The notes: generated by a model not told the origin, from the sequence alone. A stretch of DNA of 64,000 nucleotides from Auanema rhodensis (GCA_964057225.1 OZ059894.1:15810001-15874000), one strand, 5' to 3'. Numbered from the stretch's first letter, positions 1-15,525 are shown. A program made the numbers and translations.

Positions 1-1896
1 AGCTTGAACACAAATAAAGTTGTACGGCGCCAAACCTACAAAAGAAGAATTAAAATATTAAGAATCGTTTGTGAAATGGATCTTCAATAAAAGATTTTTT
101 CACGAAAGTCTAAAGACGTAAAAGTTTTAAATAGATTTCATTCAACAAAAAGTGAAGAGGACGAGTCAAATATTACTTTCAAAGAAAACGAATTGCAGAT
201 GATTACAGGAATACTTCATCAATGTCATCATCAGAAGTATTGCAGAAAGAAAATTAATCGTTCGGAAAAATTGATTCGGAATTGGCTTTGATGACTATCG
301 AAAATAGAAATTTCTTTAGAACATAATCGCTCGTGATTCAATTGATTTCTTGGTTTCTATTTAAACATTGTATCTAATTTGGTCTTTCTGAAACCAAAAA
401 ATCCGGGTCATCAATGACCTCAAACAGCCATTGAAAAACCAATTCAAACTTTTTACTTCTAAAGCAACTTTCGCTTTAGAATATTCGGATATCGCAAAAT
501 AGTGGTCATGCTACTTACCTATCAAAGCTGAACCAGCAAATATCGGTAACGGAATATTCAAAAAAGGTGCTACAATATTCAGAAGCCAAGATGGTGAGAT
601 TGGAAACATTCGAGCAAATAAAAGGAACGGTAACAATCGATTACTGTTGTCATCAATCTATAATAAATAAATTAAGAAAAAACTGAATTTCCATATGTTG
701 TTTCAAAGCAAAGTATTCAAAAATGAAAATTCACAAACCTTTTGTTGGAGGTAGGTTAACTTCTGTCCGAAATAGTATAAAACGTATTCACGGCCAAACA
801 TTTCAGAAAATAAATAGCATAATGTGGATCCAACTGTAAAGAACTTTGTTACAATAAAATCAACTGTTAGTTTATGTGTTTATCATATACTAAAGGTTTT
901 AGAAAAAGCATATTTTGAAAAATAACATAGGTTTAACTATATCTATACGATAATGAAACTTTATATATTTTAGTTTAATATTCATAGAATAGTCCATAGA
1001 ATATATAATTTGCTTACTTGTTGTCAAACAACAGCAGAGAATGAAACCCGTCCACAAGTCATAGACTGCACCGGCAATCACGTTCTGTAAGTAAAAAAAA
1101 CTGTTTTGTGTCTGTTTAATTTCAAATGATCTGCAGAATTAAAATTTTTTTTTATCAAATTTAAGGAACCAGGGATGGGGGGGGAATGCTGTTTTGATTG
1201 TTCATTGCTAACGAAAGATTGGCTAATTGGAACTGGGAAGATATTTCTTAGCCTGTTCTTCTAATGATCAGAAGTTTAGCGCAGAGAAAGAAATCGAAAA
1301 TTTCAATTTAATAGCCTTCAATCCAAGTTTTCAGCTATATAGAATTATTTGATAGCAATATCGGTATGTTTTGAAAGAATATTCTTATGTAAAATATTTT
1401 GAAATATAATATTATATATTATTAAATATTATAATTAATAAAAATTCTTACTAAGAGAAATGATCCAGGAATAGCAAATGTCTGCTTATATAGATATGCA
1501 CAAATAAATACTGTAGTTATATAGCCAAAATGATTTTCTTTATAAACTCGAAATTTTTCAGCTAAAGCAGTGAAGTTATCGAATTGTCGTGGTAATTCGA
1601 AAAGACTATCTGAAAATAAAATAATAAATTGAAATTTTATTTTATTAATTATATAAATAGTTACAAATTATACAAATTGATTTGTAATTGATTATCTCAA
1701 AATAGACTGATATGACAGCAACATTCATATATTTTTTTTCTCCACAAAAATTTGAAGAAAAGAATCGCATTGAAAAAGAAAAAAATAGGAAAAACTACTA
1801 ACCATCACTTCCCCATTCAGGTGCTGAACATATCATATACCATAAGGATAATGATGATGCAGCAAAAATACATGGCAAAATGAGCAGACGAACCAT
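1..1896 (-). CDS. bus-19: TMEM41A/VTT-domain (SNARE-associated) membrane protein; 3' end runs off the window
   Basis: Six phase-consistent exons (1803-1896, 1452-1609, 1018-1084, 739-833, 519-657, 1-35) give MVRLLILPCIFAASSLSLWYMICSAPEW...[48 protein letters not shown]...LLFARMFPISPSWLLNIVAPFLNIPL...GLAPYNFICVQA. These match TMEM41A motifs (YKQxFAIPGS, RxFPxxP, PYNFICVQ). Confidence 0.92.
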
Positions 1897-4800
1897 CTAA
1901 GAAGATTCGTGTAATATTGAGATTTACTCTAAAGTTGATCGATGTGTCGTATTTAAAAAAGAAATAATGAGCAAATCTGAAAAGAAAAACAGAAATTTAG
2001 AAAGAAAAACAGTTAAAAATCAAAATTAAAAGAAATACGAAAAAGACAAAGAAAAAAATGTTGAATAAATTAAGTTGAAACGTTAGAACAACATCAAGGT
2101 TCTGATATGTTTTTAACATCTGGATCATAAATTTTTCAACTTTTCATGATTTAAATAGATAGATCTTGCTATTCCAGCTTGAAGTCGGCAACAAAACTGC
2201 AAAAAGGAAGATCAAGATCAATGAAAAAGTGAAAAAGAGAACAGGTAGCATGAATAGAACAAGGAAGACGAAAACGATAGGTTGGGTGAAAAAGAGACAA
2301 ACTGTGTCATGTGTCATTTCAACATGCCGTTGCTGTTTTCTTTGAGCATTATTTGCGATGTTTTCTGTCCTAAATAAAAGTCCTTAGATTGAAGAATGTT
2401 ACAAGAAATGGTTTTGCAAGATTAATGAAAAACTTATTATATTTATAGTTATAAAGCTATTTAACTATATTTATAATATTATAAGGGATACTAATAGAAA
2501 AAGATACATAAGGCTATACGTTTCAACTGTGTAATGATAAATGCAAGTTAAATAGAAGTGAAAGTTAAAGAAAAGGACAACAAGGATGATACAGTTCAGA
2601 TGTCAATCTTGTTCGTGCATCATATACCATCAATCTGTTGACCGGATATAGGAAACCTATAGTTCTCCCGGGGGTCAACCAAAAACTTGATTCAAATCAG
2701 TCGGTGTCATACGATCGCTAAAGCTTAACAAAAGAAATTAAACAAGATCTTGAATAATGAGAATAATGTTATCTAAAAAAGGAAATCAAAGGTGATAGCA
2801 ATATAGCTTAAGTTTAGCGCTTTAAATGCTGTAATTGTTATAAATCCTAAACTTGGATCATTAACACGCGCAACAATATGCTGATGAATAAGCTGAACAA
2901 TACGGTCAAACATGTGATAGATGTATTTTCATGTATATCGGGTTGAATTATATAGAACAATGAATGAAGTTATGATATAAACATGAAAAATATCGTTCAA
3001 GTTAATAAGAATAGGCAAAATAATGAGAAGAACTCAAAGAAAGACAAAAAAATAGGAAAATAGGTCTTGATCTCTATGTATATGTATGATGCTGTTTTGA
3101 CCATCGCCGATGACGAATAGACGACCACATGTTAAAACGATGTGATGGACGAAAAATTAAGAAAAATTGTTTTGAATTGACTGCAGGGCTGACATTTTTG
3201 ATTTGCAAACATGGCTGGGGGAAGATGGTTAAGTAGTGGTAAGCAAAGTTTGATAATCAAACTGAACAACATCATGTAAATCAAATGAATAATCCAGATT
3301 TTGAAATAAACGAAAAGACAGAGAAGTATTGAGATGAACAGAAACACTATTAGCGAAAAACAAGTTCTTGCTTAACGCATAAGTTAATTAGTATATGTTA
3401 GAGTTATATATATACTATATATTTTCTTTTTTTTCTTTTAAAACATTATTTATTGATAAATCACCACTTAGATGAACTATAAAACAACATGAAAATGCAG
3501 ATATGCACTACAATCTTCGAAATACAATTCGATTTCGAAAGACGTTTATAAAGTTTCTGTTTTATATTTTATGCTTCTTCTTCCAAATTCTAACCTGATT
3601 TTAAATATATATCTCTCACTCTCCCTCTTTCGTTCTTCTTTTTTTTCTTCCTCTCAGTATCCCTTTCTGCCCATGTGAGTGGGGAGAAAAGCAAATAAAA
3701 TAAAAAATATATATTAAGTTAAAAGGGCTTAAAGATTATATATTGGAAATAATAATAATATAAAAAAGAATAGTTAATGAACAAAAAAAAACTTATATGA
3801 TAAAGATAAAGTAATATACATACATACATATATACAGATATATGTATGTATGTATTACAACTTTCTAAAGTACGAATGCAAATGAAACAAATATGAACAA
3901 AAGAACAACCGAGCACAAAGACGTACATACAATTAAATGAATTTGAAATCATCACGACGTGGATGGCAACATACACGTACGTGTATGTACGTGGCTGATT
4001 CATTTGTAAAAATGAAAATAAATCAAATGAACAGTTGAGGATGATTAATTGTTTCTAAAAATAAAACTCTTCGCAAGGAGAAAGTAACAAAATTAGAGGA
4101 GAATGAGCTATTTTTATAAATCGCCTAAAGGTGAAAACGGACGAAAAGTGAAAAGTGGGAGATGAGGATGCAGCGCAGATTAAATTCTAAAGATACAGCA
4201 TTTCCTTCTCTTTTTTTTGCCGTAAGGGGTGTAGAGGGGGAGGATTGGTGGTGGTAGTCATCTACGGGTGTTCTCACAGTTCATCAAATGATTTCGAAAT
4301 AAAATGTATTCACGAAAAAGTATGGAAAGTATGCATTGATGAGAACAAATTGGTGAATTAAATATAAAATGTTTTAAGCAAATAAAAGATTACCACAACT
4401 AACAATCAGTGCCACTTTGCCATGAAAAAGAAAAAAATTAAAATTGCTTACGTGAGTTCTGTGAATGTGTTTGAGTACTGTAAACTTGATTAGCAGCTTT
4501 ATTTGAAGTAAAAACAAACTTTTCTTAGTTAAAAAAATGAAGAAGAGTTTTTTATTATATAAAGAATGCAAATGGCAAATGAAAAGAAATTATGTCATTC
4601 TTGCTTTCAGTCTGAACAATAGCGAATGAAGGAAGTTTATAATGAAATCTGAATTGTTATTGATATTAAATCATTAAAAATCCTAAAGCAAAGAGAAGAA
4701 TTTTGTTAAAAGAGGGGGTGTTAGAAGATATGGCCTGATATAGATGTGATAAGCTTGATCAATGGATAATTGTGGGCAGTCCTTCCAAGACCTGTTTATC

Positions 4801-7800
4801 GTGGCTTTTCGTCGTTGTCTACATCGCTAACTAGCCATGAACAATCTCTTAGCACGGTAGGGGGGAGTAAACTATGTTGTAGGATAGGAAAGGATAAGTA
4901 AGGAAAGATATATCAAAACATTGGAGAGTGAAAAACCCATGTTGTTCAGGGGCAAATGTTTCAAACCGGCAAAATAGTTTAAAGAGTAGGCATAAAATTG
5001 CAGAAAAACATCTCAAATCTGAAGCTTGTTCCGCCACTTCACTTGGCCAAAAGAACTGTCAATGATGGGTTTGTGACTGTTTTGTACGAATATTGAGACT
5101 GGAGAATGATTCTGAGGGACAGGATAAGAAGACGTCAGCAGATAATGGATGTACATTGGGAGAGTACAACAAAGATGAGGGATCGTCAACCAACAGTATC
5201 AGGCGACGACACATGAAGAAACATGAAATACGAATTGGCTATCAGCGTCATAGTGAATGCATTGTGAGTGGGATATAATACTATGAACAGACAATCATCC
5301 AAATAAAGTGATCGTTCGAGGAAAACGAGTGGAAGATCGAAAGGGTGAGAGAAGAAGAATGACGATGGCTGCTGGCGAGGACGACGACAATGAAGAAGAC
5401 GCTGACGATGTGGATAAGAAGACAGCCAAGAAATGATTAAAGTAGGAATTGGGAGGATAATAGAAGAAAGAAGATACAATGTAGTGAGAAGGCAAAGTTT
5501 CAATTGAAAGAAAGGTTTACTAATACATATCTCTGATCTGATTTCCGTACGCTAATTATCTGTGAAGAGAAGAGGTCATAAGAGGAAAAAAGGAAGAAAG
5601 AAGAGGAGTAAGAGAAAGAAAAAATATCAATTGAGAGAGAAAGAGAGAGAGAGAGGAAGAAAGAGAAAAAGAAATGCTTATAGTTAACAAGAATATAGCC
5701 GAATAAAAGCGAATATTATCTTGTTTTTGCTTGTATTATGTCGGAAATCTTGATAGTCTACGTATACATCATAGTATAGATTTGCTTCAAATCAAAAAGT
5801 TAATTGTTCAATCTTATAACTTGAGATAATAAAATGGATAATAACAAGTAAAATCATTGTGATTGATGCTTTATATAAACTTAATTAACTTCGCAGATTA
5901 ATCTTTTTGTCAGGAACATCAAAATGGCATTGGAGTCTTCTTCTCATGAAGTTGGAGAACGGCTTGTTAAACTGGAAAATCACCATCAAAACCGATAAAA
6001 GCTTGTTGAATGAAAAACCGGGTGAGAAAATTGTTTTGGGATGGGCAAAATAGAAGATTTGTCTATGATCTCGAACAATTGAGAGAAAAAAAATATTTCA
6101 GATAATCAATTAGCTATTTGATTCGGATTTGAATTTTTGGGATGAAGCAGTTTTGTAAGAAACAACAACAATCTTCCGTTTGAAGATATAAAGACGGAAA
6201 TATGAATCATCGAATGAATTATAGAAGAATGTTATATATGTATCTTATTTAACTAGTTTTTTTTACTAACTATTACATATATACATATATATATATATTT
6301 ATTTTTATTTTTTATTGATGTTGTGATAGTGATAACTAGAGAAATCATGCTTTTTGATAAAAAAAATCAACAAAAAGCGTTAATAATTTTATGCAAAGGC
6401 AAAAGAAGAATAAAAAATGAATAATATAGTTATGAATATCTAGTTAGTTATATATTTAGAAAAAATAATATTTATATAAAATATAATGTATTGAATAAAT
6501 AAAAACAAAAATTTTAATATTGGCTTTTGTATTTTTGTATTAATTATTGAATGAGTAAAACAGATATGATGAATAAATTTTATTTTTAAAAAAAAATGAC
6601 ATCATATGAGATGCTTTAGAAGTGGCCAATCAGAATAGTTAGTTGTCTTGTGATTCATTATTAAAGTTATTGAAAAACTATTGTTGTGAGTCAATAAAGT
6701 AATCGAAAAAAAAACTGTAGAAATGATAAATCAAACAGGAATTTGAACACCAGTCAAGATAGTGACAAGACTAATGCTTGTAAATGTCTTTTAAAACTTT
6801 ATTCAACAACATAAATAGAAGAAAAAAATTTTGTTTGGTAAAGTCACTTTCTGTGGTTTGATTATGATTATTGAACGAAAAAAACTGTAAAATGATAAGA
6901 AAATCATTTTTCAACTTTGAACTAATCATAATTATGAGTCAAATGGATTGTTTAATAATTACTTTAAACATAGGTATTTGTGCTTTTTTGATTTAGTGAT
7001 AAGAATAGCAATAATCATTCTTGAGTTTAATTTAATTTCATGTTCTTCAAAAACCGAATAAGATTATAGTTTATGACGAACTGGAAATATTGTGACAAAA
7101 GCAATTGAACTTGTTCAGATAGAAGATTATCAAATGTTAAAGTAAGTCAATCCATATTTAAAAATGTTGTTCAAAGTCAAAAAAGTTGGTTTATTAATAT
7201 GATCAAACTATGTTGATGTGTATCTATCATGTCACAATTATAAAAAAAAACAATGTAGAGGGTAAGAAGGATGTAGAAGTGAAATAGAGGGAGAAATAGA
7301 GAAAGAGGGAGAATAATTCTCTAATAATTCATTATGTTATGTTGAGGATGAAGGAATTATGATGGATATTAAGTTAATTGGAAGTAATGTGAAAGTTACG
7401 TGAAAAGGTTACGTGTACACTGTATGCTATGCGTCATCATGATGTACAACTGACAGCAGAGATCACTGAGTGCAAAGGAACATCAAAGAAGAAAGTATTA
7501 ACTACGAACATTTTTTTCTTTTATTTATAATATAAAAATAATTTAAATTATTTTATAAGTTATTATATTATTTTAAATATATAGCTGATTTTGAATTTTC
7601 TAGTTTAACAAACTATTAAAAGTTTTTTTTTGTTTTTTTTTAATCAAAAGTACAAGAATAAAACGAATATATTATATAATTGTTAATATAGTATTTTTAA
7701 AAGTAAAGCTTTTAGTTTTATTGTTCTGCTTTCCGATAGAAGAAGAAATATGAAAACAAACATATAATGATCAGTGTTAATTTTTTGTTAAACGACTGTA

Positions 7801-7814
7801 CAAGATTAAGAGGT

Positions 7815-7816
<2 letters not shown>

Positions 7817-7888
<72 letters not shown>
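7817..7888. repeat. (AG)36 microsatellite
   Basis: Uninterrupted AG run; it explains the ERERER ORF 7767-7988. Confidence 0.97.
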
Positions 7889-7896
<8 letters not shown>

Positions 7897-10800
7897 GAGA
7901 GAGAAAAGTAAAAGAGATATTAAGTATTTTATCTTATAATACAAATGTAATTACTTATTTAAAAACTATTAATTATTTGTGTATATAGTGTCCTCGTTCC
8001 TTTTTTTGTAAACTTTGTGCCAAATCATGTATTTTATACATATTTATGCCGTATTGATACAAGATTGTTCATATTGTAAATTATGTACTCTTGATCACTG
8101 TATTTCGATCTTTAAATATTGTTATGATTACCATTTATGAGGAAACTGCTTGTAGATGCTTCTTACTAGATAAAAGATTCAATTCTAAAAGTGAATAAGC
8201 ACAATGTGAAATACATCACTTATCATGGACAAGACATACTTATAACTGTCACATTTTGTCTAGAACAAGGGAAAATTATTAATTTATTAATAATTTAACT
8301 TGAATCGTATTTATTGTGTATTCTATATGAACATGGATGCAACAGAGCTCTCAAAGTTGCCGTTGCCATCATATGCTACAACGACAGTAGTGCACCACAA
8401 ACCTCTTGTGGCGATATGTAAATAGTGTATCGGACGATGTGACAATAGCTTCATCTTGCCCGGAAACGAGTACGTGTGGAGATTATAAGAAGACTGAGTC
8501 AGACTTGAAAATTTGAAAAAGAAAATCAACTATGAGAAAGTAAGTTTAGAAACTATCAAAAGAGAGAAGAGAGTATGAAAGTGTTTTTATGCTATACAGA
8601 TGTAACCTTTAGCCCTTCCGGTATTCATTGTTCAAGAGATTTTTGTTAGTTTTTTATGTTCTCATTGCTTCCGCTTTCTTCTTTTTTTTTAGATATTTCT
8701 TTCTATTTATTCAGAAAATTTTGTTCACAAGGTTCAAATATTGCCGGAGGCTCAGTTCTAGAATATTTGAATGTTTGCTGAACACCTTAGAAAGAATATC
8801 AGAGTAAAGATAAATTGAAAAATGATTTTAGTTGAAATTTTTTTTGTCAACTGAAATGAATTTGTTGCCGATCATTCGAGATAAGAATAGATAGTTTCCA
8901 AAGTTGTGAAACTATTATCAGTATGACTTATCCATAAACATAAATTATATTCAACATAATTTCTAAATGTGTTCACAAACATCAATATACTTCAATAAGT
9001 TATATTTTGGATATTTTTGGAAGATAAAGGTCTTGAAAGATAAAAGAAGATAAAGTTATTTATTATTGATTAATTAAAAGAATTAATTTAATTTAAATTA
9101 TAATAATATTAATATAATTATACTAAAAAATTTAAATTTAAAATTTAAAGAATAATCAGAAAATAGTAGAGATTAGAAAAATTGTATTATATATATATAA
9201 GTATCGTCATACTTAATTAATTAAATTTTAAAATTATTAAATAATATAGTTAAAAATTTAAAAATTAAATAAAAATTTTTATTTAATCGGAATAAATGAT
9301 TTGCAAAAACAAGTTTGATATCTGAGAATTAAAAAGAAACAACTATAAGGAAGAGTTGAGAATAATCACAAGTTTTTATGTTTGTTACATTCTTCAAATG
9401 CTTGTATTGTAGTTAAGAATCTTTTGTTTAAATATTTAAAAAAATAAACTTTAAGGTTTTGGATCAGTCAACTCTAGGTCGGAAGGTTCAAATTCTTCAT
9501 CAACAACCAACACTAAACGGAGAAAACTGGAAAAAATGATGTTTCAGAGCAAAAAAAAAACAAAATTCATAAATTTTTTTAATTTTCATTTGAAAGACTC
9601 ATAATAGCTGAGTTTTGTTTTGCATCATTTATACCAGTGTTTGAAACAAAAATCAAATTTAAAAAGAAAAGAAATACGTAGAATGTTGTTGATATGATAG
9701 ATCAACAAGTATTAAAATAACATCAAAAATTATATATTAAAAGAAAGTTTAAAATAAAAAATAAAAAATATTATTAGTAATCAATATTCAATAATCAATA
9801 TATATATATAGCTTTTATATATTAAATTAAAATTAAATAGATTAGAACAGAAAAGTGTTGTTTCCAAAACATATTGTAATCGTAAGTATTTTGTAGTTGG
9901 AACACCTTTTACAACTTTTCAAACTTAAACATAAAATGTTGCAAGTTTTAAAATATTATTCTTTGATATATTTATGATATTATTATCGAAAATTGTTTTC
10001 TTTTCTCAACTTTTTTTTGTGAAAATGTTGGAGAATACTGTGCTACTCTAAAGAAGGTAGGTGAAATGTTGAATTGGAACGGTAAATGGAAACAGTTATG
10101 ATATGGCAGATTGAAAGAGCCGAAACCCGTCTTGTACATAGAGAGTATTAGTGGAATAGAGAGAGAATGATCGAGTGTAAGAGAGAAATGAAGAGATTGA
10201 GAGATGCCGAGAAGGTAAATGAAAAAGAAACCATTCAAATAGATGACGGCTGGCACTGAAAGTTTGATGACGGTGGAGCAGGTCTATCCTGCTAATAGCG
10301 ACCCCACGCAACACCAGTCCGAGTTCCGTTTTCCGTGGCATTTTTATTCTCTCTCATGCTGTCTCTTAGTGTCAAGTTCTCTAGTGGCATTGTCTCATTC
10401 TGATCTTGTTCTTTTCATTTCTCGGACGACTGATAGGTAAACTCACTTTAGAGAATATTGATGATTATAGAAGAGTTTAAAAATTTACAAGAGAGATAGT
10501 TAAAAGAAAATAAACTGAAGAATGGTAGAATTCTTGTTCAAGATCAAGATGAGCCCGATCCGTTGAGCTTTTCCTTTTCTTTAACATATAAATAGATAAA
10601 GATTTATTGTTTAAAATTAGATAAGTATATGCTTTAAAATTAAAATAAAGAATGCGTATTTCAATAAGAAATTAATATCTTCCGATCCGAAACATTCTGA
10701 TTTTTGAATGTTGATCGTCAAGGATAAAAGACAAAATTAAGAGAGAAAAGAGGCAAATAGCAGGTGGATAATGATGGTAACAGGTATAAGGAGGGGGGGG

Positions 10801-13800
10801 GGAGAGAATGATGGCTTAGATGACCAGGGACAAACATTCCACATCAGAAATTAGTTTGTATGAATCGACAGTCAATATGAACTTACGTCAATTTTTTGAA
10901 TATCCAAGTAAACTTTAATGATGAAATGATCTCAGATTTGTGTGAAAAAAATCTTTAAAAAAAGATCTTTCTTTTGATAGAATCAATAGAAAAGACAATG
11001 AATTTTGCTCTTTGAGGATGATATTTCAGATGAAACTCTGAAACATTTCATTGTCGGCTAGATAAAAGGTATACAACTAAAAAATAGAATAAGAGAGAAT
11101 AAAATTTATCTTAATAATATATAATTAACCTGTTGAATGTCTTTAATTGCATAAAAAAAAAGACTAATCATATAAAAGCTTAAAATGACCAGCTGTTTAG
11201 TAGCAGAACATCAATATATATACATAAATTGAGAGAGAGAGAGAAAGAGAGAGATAGAGGGAGAGAGGATGAGGTAGAGAATGAGGCAAAGAGAAAAAAT
11301 GTTTTTTCATGAAAAATCAGTTGTGGAAATTCAAAAACGACAGTTTTTATACTAAAACTTTGAGTATAAATAGGAGTCAAAGTCAAACTAAGATTGTCGT
11401 TTGAATAGAAAAATAGCCATATATGGTTGTTATGGAAAAAAGACTACAATATGTAATAGAGAGACGAGAGAAGTCCATTGGGGGCACGAAAAGAAGGAAG
11501 AGGATAGACGTCTGTACGAAAAAGACATGAGAACGATGTGAAGAAGAAGATGAAGAAGAAGAAGGAGAAGAAGACGAAGAAGGAGAAGATGATGAGTAGT
11601 AGTAGACAGAAGACTAACTCAGACAGACGACTGATTCGATGTAGATTGAAATATAGAAAAAGAAACAATTTTCTGAGTAAGAATATAATTTCTGAGAGTG
11701 GGGTGTGAAGTTTAAAAAAAATATTTGCATGATTTCAATAATTCTTTGTTTTATATAAAGTATATAATGAATTGAAATAATATAATTATTGTATATTAAT
11801 CATTTGAATATATAATTAACTCAAATATACATCTGATATACGTATAGTTATAGTAGAATAGTATTTTTCAAGTTGAAGTATGATCTCACACGTATTCTTA
11901 CACAAACGTTGCTGAACTACTACTAGATCATGGCAAATGGAATAAATGGATAAGATCTCCAGAATACCGGCGTGGAATAGGGTATGGGGATGGCGGAAGT
12001 TCGGCAAAGATTTCGATTATTTGCATGTAAAAGCCTGTTGCTACAAACCTGTTACCCTTTGCTCACCTTCAAAAAGCTCAGCTTCTCGTAAGTTTGATTA
12101 GCAAGGTTACAAAACGGAACAAATAGTTCAAATAGAGAAATGAAAAAGAAAAAATTAGCTAAATACGAATAATCTGAAGAAGCTGATGCATACAAGAAAA
12201 TCTTTTTTTATTTCTTGCCATTACTGATAAAGATTAGAGAAACACAGTTGACACAACCATAAAGTGCATCAGAGTTATAAATTGAAGATGCGTATGTAGA
12301 TAATGAGGATATATGAAAGGATGAGGTTAATACGGAGGATGACAAGCCAGCCAGTCAGCCAGCCTGACCTCCACTCAACAGGCTGCATGTTGGGAGAAAC
12401 AATAGAATAACATTTGGACAATTAGAATAGAAATATTCTGCAGATTATACATATGGCAATTAATGAAAAAAAAAGCATTTTTTGATGCTAAGCATGCAGA
12501 AATGAGGGAAAAATGAGGAATATGTTTAGATACATAGAGATATATGTATGGTTTGGTTGGATAGATATTAATTAAAGTTCATTTCTATTTTGTTGGAGCA
12601 ACCAGCACTATCCTGTAATCAGTTGTCCTCTCATCCTTATTTTCTCTCTCCCTCTCTCTTTGGAGATCTGTCTCGTGAATCTTCTATGTAGATCATTTTC
12701 TTTTGTACTTGATACAGTCGTTATAGGTTGTTTCATTGAAAACGATGTCACATATCTTTTGCTCGCACCTGCCCTCATACCTGCTGCTCATCATTCAATG
12801 AAGTCGATGAGGTATTGAGATTAAAACAAACTCTCAGCAGATGACCCGTAATAGAATTTTTTTTATTTTTGAGAGATTTATTAACAAAACAAAAGATTAT
12901 AACTATACCTAAACTCATTATTAATATTCTCAAAAAAGAAAAAGAAAAAAGGGAATCTGCACAGCAGGGTGGTCGAGACTCTGAGATTATAACTATAAAA
13001 GTGCATCAATGAATTAAATTTTAAAAGAGAAAGAAATAGAGGGAGGAAGAGAGAGAGGAAGAGATAAAGATAATGGAAATGAATGAGATAGAAAAGAACA
13101 GGATAACCATTAGTAATATCGAAGCAATATGAAATCGAAATATGAAGGAAAAGAGAGAATTGCAATAGAAAATGGGTGAATCCGTAAAGTTATTCGATTA
13201 AAAGATCAAATCTGTTAGTATAAACAACATTTCATAAATGAAAGTTGAACTAACCAGATGGTCATATTCAAACAAGATAGCTTTTTTCATTTTCATCATA
13301 AATCAAGCACTTTTCATCATATATGATTATAATTTTTATAATTTATCTTCTATTATCCAACTATTTTTTTATATTTTTCACTGTTTATATATAAATATAT
13401 ATATGTTATTACTTTACAATATGAATAGACAGCAACAGATAATTGAAATTCTGAAGCAGAAATGCGCTCAACAGTGTGGAACACGGATTTTTCAAATTCA
13501 ACTGTCGATTGTGTGAGAGTGTGTGTCATCATCGACTGTTCTCATCAACTTTCACAGCAATAATCGTTTGTCACTTTCATTTGGAAAACGATTAGAAATG
13601 ACCATTGAACTCCTTTTGATGCCGTTTTTGCCTTAATCTATCTACTTGACGTCGTCTACACGTTATGGCCATCTTCTTCTTTTCCTTTTCAGTTAAATCT
13701 CGCTTTACAGACAGAGTCTTCTTTGGCTGGACACAATCGGCTTTTGTATGTCCTTGACTGTCACTTGCCCTCAATATCTTAAGTACGTTACTTCAAAAGG

Positions 13801-15525
13801 ATATAGGGATTCTTTTTATCTTTCTTCCTTTTCTATAGCTAATTAATTATTCAGATATAACTATGTGAATAGTTATAAAAAATTCTAAAATTAGAATATA
13901 AAAAGCATATATATGAAGAATCAATCGATTAAATTCTTTTAAAAAAGGGAATAATTGACTTGAACAGACTCTTGGAGCAAAATATTTAAAAATAGATGAA
14001 TAAAGTTTAAAAAAAGGTTTCAATAGAAAATAGTTTAAGATGAAAAGTAGAATTATATATGAAATATTTGGTAATATATTCATCTTTTTTATTTTTTTTT
14101 AATAATTTTAACATAAAAATGTTGAAGCAAGACGATGAGTTAAACAAATCTGTAGAACAAACTCTGTGGTTAAATTACGAAGTGAAAATTTGTGCAAAAG
14201 TATACCAAAAACAAATGTTTTCTTATATAATCTGTATAGTATAGTACAAGAACCTTTTAATTAGTACATATAATATAAATAAAATATTATAAGGATTTAT
14301 ACATATTTAAGTTTATGATAAGAAGAAAGATTTTTAATTTAAAACTATTATTAATAATATAAATATATTAAATTAAAATTATAATATGATTTTAAAAAAA
14401 ATTCTTATACTATACTATGTAAATTATAATTATATTAAATATAAGACAAAATGAAACAAAACCTAACACTAAGCTAGTTAAAAACACAAATTCATATATA
14501 CGTCAGAGAATTATGATTTTAAATGATCGTCAATTTTAAAATTCAAAATGAATTTGAATATAATATCAGAGAGAAAAAGAGAGAGAAAAAAGTTTTTTTT
14601 TGACGAAATATGCTTATAGTGTGATTTATAAAAGGTTGTGTTATTCCTTTTAATCTTTTTTGTTCTGAATTGTAGTTAAGGAACAGCTGAAATCCAGTTT
14701 CTTGTAGTTGAAACGATCATCACTTCTGAAGTCTATTTGCGTTTGGAAAACATGTCATGGCACTGTATAGTTCACGTACACTTAGAAATATTCAACTGAT
14801 TTTCAGAAGAAAATATAAGTTATATAGTAAGCCATAAGTAATTTTTATATAATTATTGAATACAATATAAAACTATAAAGGTTAAAACTATGAATAAGCC
14901 GATCAAAGCTGCAACAGCAGCAGCAGTTTGTGTAATTTGATGAGAAAAAAATGATTTCAAAATGGGAATGGATGAACAGGATAAAGAGATGAAGTTAAAA
15001 TAAAGCTGCATATCATGTAAAACGAGTGAATGTGATGTGTGATGGTCGAACATATCTCATTTGAGCTCTTAGCTTCAATGTTTCGTGATAAAAATTGAGA
15101 GATATAGATTGGAAGAGAGGGAGATAGAAGCTTACAACACTGGAGAGAACAAGAACTCTAGACGCTAAAAAGCGAAACACGGGGCGAAAAGTCAGTTAGA
15201 TCATATCTACCAGAAACTCAATAGCGAATATGAGCAGTTCGGAACCGGAATTAGGTCGGAAGCATTGCATCTCATACAGTCTACCATTCGGCACAAGGTG
15301 CCTGGAGGACAACTAGAAACACATAGAGTATGTTATAAGAAACATAAGAGAAAAGAGGAAGTAGAAATTGGAAAAAAATAGATGAGATGAAATAAAGGGA
15401 GGAAAGAAGATCAACCGATCAGCATAACTGCTCAATGAGAAATGATCTTAGCATACGTGACTGAGTGTGAAATACATGTTTCGAGTGAAAAATTGGAATA
15501 AAATATCAAAAAAAATAATAATAAA

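Noticed and set aside
3229-3240. TTAAGTAGTGGT, matching the first 12 nt of miR-251
   Set aside because: There is no complementary arm nearby, so no precursor hairpin.
4250-4270. Minus-strand CACCCGTAGA, miR-99/51-family-like
   Set aside because: Only 5 bp of possible stem; flanks are low-complexity and cannot pair.
7767-7988. ORF with an ER repeat
   Set aside because: Translation of the (AG)n microsatellite.
8410-8461. Minus-strand GGCAAGATG (miR-72/31 seed) in an imperfect hairpin
   Set aside because: Only about 14 of 19 positions pair with scattered mismatches, and the sequence beyond the seed does not resemble the family.
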